This document shows positions 46,414 through 52,424 of a DNA stretch of 52,424 nt, one piece after another. Both the position numbers and the translations under genes were made by a program. This DNA is from a virus. Its lineage: Duplodnaviria; Caudoviricetes. The DNA lies in the IMG/VR virus record IMGVR_UViG_3300013009_000061, positions 1 to 52,424 of that record, one strand, 5' to 3'. The notes under the pieces are model-generated. The model was not told where the DNA came from, made no database searches, and was given only the letters and a program-made list of their open reading frames with translations. Position 1 is the stretch's first letter; every line of letters begins with the position of its first letter.

Positions 46414-47452
46414 GCATCTTACGCGTGCGCTAGCCGCGATATCGCTCGCTGGCGCTCTTGGTTTTCCGGCTGTGGCACATGCGCAGAACGTATCATACCC
46501 AACCATCAAAGCAACGGTTAACGGCGTGAGCGTGCCTGCGATTGTCGTTCGAAACACCACTTACGTCAGCACCAGAGCCCTTAGTGTTGCGCATACGGCC
46601 TACGAACAGGTGAACAGCAGCACGTATGACGTGCTCGGATGGAACGAGTCGGTGGTCACATACAACGGCCAATCTTACATCCCGTGGGCGTGTCTAGCGC
46701 CGAGCGTGAAGGCGACAAAGATACCTGGCGGGTGGGCCTTCGCGGCAGATCAAGACTATCAACTCAAGCTTGTCTATGATCCGCAAGCCTTTGCAGGCAA
46801 CTGGGATATGGTCAGAATCTACACGCTCGACGGGAATCGGCCAGCCCCAGGCCAAGCATTCGACATGAAAATCTACTATGGGGGAACGAACGGCGCGCCT
46901 GACGAGATCATAGACAAAACATCGCAAGATGGCGCATATGAGTGGGGCTTCAACGAGGTCAAGCCTACGTCCGATAGCATCGTGCTGACGTGGACAGACC
47001 CCGAAGGAATCAAGCATGTTGGCACCGCCACAGTTACGTTCGTGTCGCAGACCCCTTCTTCAACACCTATCCCTCCAGACGACCACCTCGTCGCGCAGAC
47101 CGCTATCAGCGTGATCAACGACGAAGTGCTATTCGATGCGCAAGTGAACGGTGTGGATATGACATTCCAGCTTGATACTGGCGCTATGATGCCGCTCATT
47201 TCTGCCAACGATGCAAAGAAACTCAACCTGCCCAATCTAGGGACAATTGAGGTTGCGGGCGTCGGCGGGACAAACCAAGCCTATCTCAGTCAAATGAATG
47301 TTACCATCGGGGGCGTCACGTTCGAGAACGTCCCCTGCATCGTTGACCCATCGTATCAGTATAACTCGCTATTCGGCTATTCGTTTTTCGCGGACCATCA
47401 GTATGACCTGCTTGTGTCTCTTAAACACCACACGCTCAGCATTCTCGACTAA
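46403..47452 (+). CDS. Secreted protein with C-terminal retropepsin-like aspartic protease
   Basis: Signal peptide ending AHA; FQLDTGA catalytic motif, GVGG flap, SLFGYSFF. Confidence 0.8.
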   Translation: MMNKHLTRALAAISLAGALGFPAVAHAQNVSYPTIKATVNGVSVPAIVVRNTTYVSTRALSVAHTAYEQVNSSTYDVLGWNESVVTYNGQSYIPWACLAPSVKATKIPGGWAFAADQDYQLKLVYDPQAFAGNWDMVRIYTLDGNRPAPGQAFDMKIYYGGTNGAPDEIIDKTSQDGAYEWGFNEVKPTSDSIVLTWTDPEGIKHVGTATVTFVSQTPSSTPIPPDDHLVAQTAISVINDEVLFDAQVNGVDMTFQLDTGAMMPLISANDAKKLNLPNLGTIEVAGVGGTNQAYLSQMNVTIGGVTFENVPCIVDPSYQYNSLFGYSFFADHQYDLLVSLKHHTLSILD

Positions 47453-47471
47453 TTCTGGGGGATGAGGGACC

Positions 47472-48437
47472 ATGCCTACGGTGATAGCAAAGGCTATTGA
47501 TTGCACGGTCAAACTCACGCCCCAACAAGCACAGGCTATTGCGCAGGCGGGATATAGCGTTGTGATGCGGTATCTCGGTAACTGGGCGAAGTCTCTCACC
47601 GCCGATGAGGTGGCTGCTATCCGTGCGAGCGGCCTGAAAGTCGGCCTCATCTGGGAGAGTGACCCGACATATGTGGGCTACTTTACGCCGTCACAGGCGG
47701 CGCATGACGCAGTTGCAGCGATGGCTTCTGCGGAAGCGCTCGGCGCGCCGAAGGGAACGGCTATCGCCTTCACGGTCGATTACGACGCCGCCCTCAATGA
47801 CATGGAGGCCATCATCGCGTACTTCGGCGTCCTCTTGAGCAAAGTCACGGACTACAAGGTGGGCGCGTATGGCGATGTGATTGTCATCGATGCGCTATAC
47901 AACACCTACGGCAACAAGCTCTGGTATTGGCAGACGAGCGCATGGAGCAACGGGCAGACGAACGCGAACAATGCCATGTACCAGCACACCTACGATGCCA
48001 TGGTCGGCGGCGTGCAGGTGGACGTGAGTGACGTATACGCGGACCCGGGCTTCTGGGAACCGTCTTCGACACCCGCACCTAGCCCGTCGCCGTCGCCATC
48101 ACCGAACAACGGAGGTGACATCGTGACAATTCTTCAACTCGGCAGCACGGGCGACGCCGTGAAGCAGTTGCAAGAGGACTTGAACAAAGTCCTAGGTATC
48201 CATCTCGCCGTGGATGGTATCTTCGGACCGGCCACGCAAGCGGCGGTCAAGTCGTTCCAATTGCAGCACGGTCTCACGGTGGACGGCATCTACGGCCCTC
48301 AGACCGCACAGGCCATGTACGAGGCACTGTTGGCCCTCGCGAACAAGGGAAGTACCATCACCGTGGACAAGGCCAAGGTGCAGGCGCTTGTGACGGCGCT
48401 TGAGTCGGCACTGAACGCGGCGAAGGCGCTGCTCTAA
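47472..48437 (+). CDS. Endolysin: DUF1906/GH25-like glycoside hydrolase + peptidoglycan-binding domain
   Basis: VMRYL, IAFTVDYD, GAYG, WQTSAWS; PS linker; LQLGSTGDAVKQLQ...DGIFGPAT...DGIYGPQT. Confidence 0.9.
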   Translation: MPTVIAKAIDCTVKLTPQQAQAIAQAGYSVVMRYLGNWAKSLTADEVAAIRASGLKVGLIWESDPTYVGYFTPSQAAHDAVAAMASAEALGAPKGTAIAFTVDYDAALNDMEAIIAYFGVLLSKVTDYKVGAYGDVIVIDALYNTYGNKLWYWQTSAWSNGQTNANNAMYQHTYDAMVGGVQVDVSDVYADPGFWEPSSTPAPSPSPSPSPNNGGDIVTILQLGSTGDAVKQLQEDLNKVLGIHLAVDGIFGPATQAAVKSFQLQHGLTVDGIYGPQTAQAMYEALLALANKGSTITVDKAKVQALVTALESALNAAKALL

Positions 48438-48518
48438 TCAAATGCCATATCCGTCATGGTTTAGTCACGGCCTCGCGCAGACCAGCGTGGGGCCTCATCT
48501 TTTGAGGGAGGGATTCTG

Positions 48519-48908
48519 ATGGCTGCACCTATCACGAGCGTGGAGTTGCAGATCCTTGAGGACGTGCTGAGCGCGTTTGGTCTTGCGTTTGGCGGAGCGG
48601 TCACGTACTTGACGACCAAGGTCGTGCCGAAGTACATCCATAGCAAGACCGCGCAGAACGCCATAAGCGGCCTCGCTTCCATTGCTGAGAGCGTCGTGAC
48701 GCAGTTCAACCAGACGATTGTGAGCGACGCCAAGGCGAACGGCGTCTGGAACGCGACACTAGCCGCGAAGGTGAAGCAGGACGCGGTGCAGGCCGTGTTG
48801 TCGCAGGGCGCGAATTTGGCAAAGCTCGCGGAGAAAGTCGTCGGGGATGTGCCAGAGCTCGTCTCGACGCTCATTGAGCAGGCAGTGGCGAAGGAGAAGA
48901 CAAAGTGA
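48519..48908 (+). CDS. Holin (LL-H-like)
   Basis: N-terminal TM, follows endolysin, IEQAV C-terminus. Confidence 0.65.
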   Translation: MAAPITSVELQILEDVLSAFGLAFGGAVTYLTTKVVPKYIHSKTAQNAISGLASIAESVVTQFNQTIVSDAKANGVWNATLAAKVKQDAVQAVLSQGANLAKLAEKVVGDVPELVSTLIEQAVAKEKTK

Positions 48909-49029
48909 TATAGTGGTGCTAAGAGAGCCTGCCACGCGAGCCATGAGGCAGCGGACCAGGGCAGGCCAGTTCGTGTGGAGATTCAAGGCCCGATGCGAAT
49001 GAAGCACCGGGCCAAAAATTTTTTCTCGG

Positions 49030-49074
49030 AAACGTCGACAAAACTATTGAATTCGTCGACGAAACGTGTATACT
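49030..49074 (+). promoter_or_regulatory. Sigma-A-like promoter with palindromic operators heading accessory operon
   Basis: TTGAAT-16bp-TATACT; palindrome TTCGTCGACGAA (49052-49063) in spacer and related AACGTCGACA at ~49031. Confidence 0.6.
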
Positions 49075-49132
49075 GAGAATCAGAAGGAACAAACAAGGCC
49101 CCGACGGACGGGGCGATGAGGAGGGTAAGGAA

Positions 49133-49735
49133 ATGAAGGCGTACCGCATCCAACCTGCCGACCGCGACGTGAATCTCCTTCTCCAGCCCGAGCACCAAGT
49201 CTCTCGGTGCTGGACGTACACCGAGCGCCCGTGCCCGGAGTGCAACGGGGAAGGCCGCCGGTGGCACTACGGGGAGGAGATCGTATGCGAGGCTTGCGGC
49301 GGCGATGGTTGGGTCGAAGATGTACGCCACGGTGTCAGCGCCTGCCTCACGTTGGACGACCTCAGGGCGTATTTCCTCTCGCGGGGCGCCGACCTGGAGG
49401 ACACCGTCCTCGTCGAAATGGAAGCCGAGTGGGCCGAGGATGAGGACTTCGACGTTGACGCCGGCGCGGTGCTCGTCATCCCGCGAGAGATCGTGCGGGT
49501 GACGCCCATCGAGGAGACGGGGCTGTTCCGTTTCTTGGGGCATTCGCTCGACGAAATCCTCGCAGACGTCGAGGAGCGGTTCGCCGACCAAATCCGCGAG
49601 GCCGACGATGAGCGCTGGACGCTGGCTCAAATCCTTGAGTCCGAGTGGGACTTGAGCGAGGAGCAGGGGCAGTTCCAGTACCGTTCGGAGTGGACCAGCA
49701 AGGTCGAGGCATTCCTCGACCGAATTCTTGGATGA
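49133..49735 (+). CDS. Acidic hypothetical protein with DnaJ-type zinc finger
   Basis: CPECNGEG...CEACGGDG; GAGGAGG RBS. Confidence 0.7.
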   Translation: MKAYRIQPADRDVNLLLQPEHQVSRCWTYTERPCPECNGEGRRWHYGEEIVCEACGGDGWVEDVRHGVSACLTLDDLRAYFLSRGADLEDTVLVEMEAEWAEDEDFDVDAGAVLVIPREIVRVTPIEETGLFRFLGHSLDEILADVEERFADQIREADDERWTLAQILESEWDLSEEQGQFQYRSEWTSKVEAFLDRILG

Positions 49736-49742
49736 GGAGGAA

Positions 49743-49979
49743 ATGAAAATGTTGGAGCAAAAGGCGTATTGGTTGGGCTATAAGGCGGCAGAACCTTATC
49801 TTGCCGCCAAACCGGGTACATCACTGCTCTCGCGCCGTGAGGCGCATGCGAAAGGTTTGGAAAAGCTGAAATTTTTAATTTCTGGCTTGAATGACAGTGA
49901 CGCGTTTTTCATGCACCGTGAGTTCGAGCGCGGTTTTCGAGACCGCGAACACGGCGGCCCCGGGAAAAGCGGCATCTAA
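49743..49979 (+). CDS. Small hypothetical protein
   Basis: GAGGAGG RBS. Confidence 0.55.
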   Translation: MKMLEQKAYWLGYKAAEPYLAAKPGTSLLSRREAHAKGLEKLKFLISGLNDSDAFFMHREFERGFRDREHGGPGKSGI

Positions 49980-50091
49980 CCCAGCCGCTAAGCTCGTTGC
50001 CCGTAGCTAGGGCGCCCGACTCGCTCGGGCTCCCCATGGTGCGGACAACGCACACAAAAGCCGCCTTTGGGCGGCAAAGGAGGAAAGTTTC

Positions 50092-50379
50092 ATGATCATC
50101 ACTGTAACACTTCAGGCCGGGCTGCTCCAGCCCGAGCAGTTGCCGGATCTCATCGCCGCCATGCCTTCCGCGGGAGGCACGGAGGGCATCATCCTGAGCG
50201 GGCGCCTGCCTGTGTGGGCGTTCGCGACGCTGGTGCACCATTTCCATCCCAGGCCGTGGGTTGCTACTTACGAGCCAAGGCTTGGACTTGGCGTCGTGGT
50301 AGCCTCCCATACTCCAGCAGTGGTGGTCGGGCAGACGGTCCCGACCGACGGACATGAGACTCTGGAGGTGTTGTTCTGA
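50092..50379 (+). CDS. csx3: Csx3/Crn3-family cyclic oligoadenylate ring nuclease homolog
   Basis: GIILSGRLPVWAFATLVHHFHPRPWVATYEPRLGLGVVVASH matches the Csx3 pattern (SGRxPxW...H.HP..WVA.Y(D/E)PRLG.VVV.SH); 95 aa; AGGAGG RBS. Confidence 0.8.
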   Translation: MIITVTLQAGLLQPEQLPDLIAAMPSAGGTEGIILSGRLPVWAFATLVHHFHPRPWVATYEPRLGLGVVVASHTPAVVVGQTVPTDGHETLEVLF

Positions 50380-51170
50380 TGAACGAGCATCTAACTCAAT
50401 TTTGCACAGCCTGGGCTCTCGCCCGTGCTTACTGGCACGGGTGGGCAGCCGACTACGGCACGTCCTTCACGGACATGGTAGAGGACGTCCATCTCGCCGC
50501 CTCTGCGGAGGAGGCGTGCGAGCGCATCCGCGCTCGTTACAAAGCACTACCGTCGTTTCCTGGCCAAATCGCGGGCATCGAGTGCCCGGAGCTGGCGGGA
50601 GATAACATCGTCCACACGACGGGCACTGGGCGTCTGTCGTGGGTTGTCCGCCCTGACGGCTCCGTATCGTTCACCGTCTCCACGCCGTATGGCGTCGTCG
50701 CGCAGGCCGAGGTGTCCGCGCCCGAGGTGGCGCGTACGCGCTACGGCGAGCCTTACATCCGCCGCACAGCCAATATGTGGGCTCGCGACGCTCGTCCGCG
50801 CCACGTCATGGCCTTAAACAAGGCCATAAGTGTGCTCGCCACGATACCAGAGTGCCCCGATGGAGACGTGCTGGAGTTGGCACGCTTCCTGCAGTCTCCG
50901 TTCGGTGAGTGCGAGGGCCTGCGTGTCGAGGTGGACCTGGACGGCTCCAAGTCCACGATGGGTCCTGGAGTCTGGTTCGAGGGTAGCTGGCCCACTGCGG
51001 CCAGCGGCGTGTTCGTGCCGCTGTTCACGCCGTTCACGCAACGTGACCTCGGGCGGGCGTTTGCCCACCTCGCCCGTACGGTGGATGCCGAGTATGCCTC
51101 CCTCGCCCGCGCCTTGGGCGAGAATGTGCCAGACTATATGCTGTTCCGCCCCGAGCCTGTCAGCGAGTAA
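50379..51170 (+). CDS. Hypothetical protein
   Basis: Translationally coupled (TGATG) to the csx3-like gene. Confidence 0.65.
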   Translation: MNEHLTQFCTAWALARAYWHGWAADYGTSFTDMVEDVHLAASAEEACERIRARYKALPSFPGQIAGIECPELAGDNIVHTTGTGRLSWVVRPDGSVSFTVSTPYGVVAQAEVSAPEVARTRYGEPYIRRTANMWARDARPRHVMALNKAISVLATIPECPDGDVLELARFLQSPFGECEGLRVEVDLDGSKSTMGPGVWFEGSWPTAASGVFVPLFTPFTQRDLGRAFAHLARTVDAEYASLARALGENVPDYMLFRPEPVSE

Positions 51171-51213
51171 GCTGACGGGCTAGGGGCGTTTTTGTGTTTT
51201 GAGGAGGAAATGT

Positions 51214-51684
51214 ATGGAAGACAAAGACATCACCTGCCTGGGCGGCACACTTCGCCGCGTCGGCCCAAACCAATGGGAGTGGATAGACGGCACACCGGAG
51301 CCGCGCGTCCGTGACATGCTCCGCGCTGACCTCGCGCCGAACTTTCGCGTCATCGGTGGACGTAACGGCGATGTGGAAATCCCACGGAACTGGCGCGACT
51401 ACGTGGACGACCCGGCTATCGAGATGGCCATCGAATGGCTCATCAAGGAGCACGGTCGTCCATCCGACATCTTCGGCGAAGGTATCGCGGAGGCACTTGG
51501 GGACCATCGTGTCTTCGTGCGCGGGTATCGTGTGCCCGTGCAGAAGTGGGACGAGGTCATGATGGTCCCCACGGGAGTGGAGTGGGACTTGGAGCACGAG
51601 GAGGACATCTTGCAGCGAGCAGAGATGCTTAGAAGGAAGATGGAACGAGAGGAGGCGGAGAATGCCGAGACCCAGGAAGAGTAG
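51214..51684 (+). CDS. Acidic hypothetical protein
   Basis: GAGGAGG RBS, ATG 51214. Confidence 0.65.
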   Translation: MEDKDITCLGGTLRRVGPNQWEWIDGTPEPRVRDMLRADLAPNFRVIGGRNGDVEIPRNWRDYVDDPAIEMAIEWLIKEHGRPSDIFGEGIAEALGDHRVFVRGYRVPVQKWDEVMMVPTGVEWDLEHEEDILQRAEMLRRKMEREEAENAETQEE

Positions 51685-52051
51685 CGGATACCGTATCACG
51701 TGGAGGGTGACGGAAGACCTTGAGCCGTTTATCCAGCGGTTTGTGGAAGCCTTCTGCGAAGTCCCGGCGGCGATGGATACCATCGTGCGCCGGTATCGTC
51801 GTTCGCGAGAGGTCGGGGAAGAACGTCTCCGCGAACTGTTTTCGCCCGCGGAACTCAACTGGCTGATGCAGACCCTCGTGCCGCCAACCGAAGGTACAGG
51901 CATTGAATATATCACAGCCCAAGTATCGGAGGCAGTGCGACTCGGACAAACGGATGGCGTCGATGGTGAATCCATCCTAAGCAGAATCGTCCACTTGTCA
52001 GACATCGAACTGTTCGCGCTCGATGAGCGGAGGCGCATGTATGCCGAGTAA
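51662..52051 (+). CDS. Hypothetical protein, possible DNA-binding regulator
   Basis: MPRPRKS..YRITWRVTEDL resembles a ribbon-helix-helix start; last gene before terminator. Confidence 0.55.
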   Translation: MPRPRKSSGYRITWRVTEDLEPFIQRFVEAFCEVPAAMDTIVRRYRRSREVGEERLRELFSPAELNWLMQTLVPPTEGTGIEYITAQVSEAVRLGQTDGVDGESILSRIVHLSDIELFALDERRRMYAE

Positions 52052-52087
52052 AAGGCCCTGCTCACCACGTCGGTGGGCAGGGCTTTT
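52051..52087 (+). terminator. Intrinsic (possibly bidirectional) terminator
   Basis: AAAGGCCCTGCTCACC-acgtc-GGTGGGCAGGGCTTTT. Confidence 0.7.
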
Positions 52088-52169
52088 GCGCACAATCCGA
52101 TAAGCCCAGACATATGTCGATCTCGATTTTCATACACTCTTAAAAAGTCTTGTGTCGGGGGAAAAACTT

Positions 52170-52424
52170 ATGGACTTTTGGCGCGCAAAGCACTACGATG
52201 AGGGCAAAGACCCGAGAAAAAAGAAGGTGATCCGCATGGCATCCCCTATCGATACCCACGTTCACACCGAACCGATTGAGCGCTATCGCATTCGTCATTC
52301 CGAAATTGAGGCTTGGAAGCGTACTTCTGGCCTTTTGACCGGCAAGATCCCGTATGGGGATGATGGCGAGACTCTGAGCGAGTATATTCATCGGAAGCGC
52401 GCCGAAGAGAGGGAGAGAGGCTAA
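52170..52424 (+). CDS. Hypothetical protein
   Basis: GGGGG RBS-like tract before ATG 52170; ends at TAA at window edge. Confidence 0.5.
   Translation: MDFWRAKHYDEGKDPRKKKVIRMASPIDTHVHTEPIERYRIRHSEIEAWKRTSGLLTGKIPYGDDGETLSEYIHRKRAEERERG

Larger units (their letters stand above)
200..52424. mobile_element. Temperate prophage (contractile-tailed); left end at attL, right end not reached
   Basis: Complete ordered modules: serine integrase, immunity, replication, packaging, head, sheath/tube/baseplate, lysis; host gene truncated at left junction. Confidence 0.95.

Noticed and set aside
52051-52424. attR at the right end
   Set aside because: No copy of the attL half-sites or the arsR 3' half was found; the prophage end probably lies beyond the window.

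Overview
The window is almost entirely one temperate prophage with a contractile tail (myovirus type). Its host is probably a high-GC Bacillota species; this is inferred from the strong GGAGG ribosome-binding sites (RBSs) and the gene families. The left junction (attL, ~190-211) cuts a host ArsR/SmtB-family regulator gene and lies inside the 3' end of the phage large serine recombinase ORF. The modules run left to right: integration/immunity (recombinase, ImmA-like protease, repressor, Cro, Rha); replication (DUF2800 nuclease, DUF2815 SSB, family A DNA polymerase, beta-clamp-like protein, MazG-like protein, adenine MTase, primase-helicase, putative origin, VRR-NUC, HNH, SNF2 helicase); late activator; packaging/head; contractile tail and baseplate; a protease-rich lysis region; and a promoter-led accessory operon. 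attR is not visible in the window. Most notable: (1) the DNA polymerase is a fractured gene, with two halves carrying the N- and C-parts of a naturally split intein separated by a free-standing GIY-YIG endonuclease gene; (2) a stand-alone Csx3/Crn3-like ring nuclease sits in an anti-defence-like operon with no CRISPR locus; (3) the integrase C-terminus depends on the att site and the host arsR gene is interrupted; (4) three unrelated proteases cluster beside the lysis genes. All family calls come from motif recognition by eye, not from database searches.
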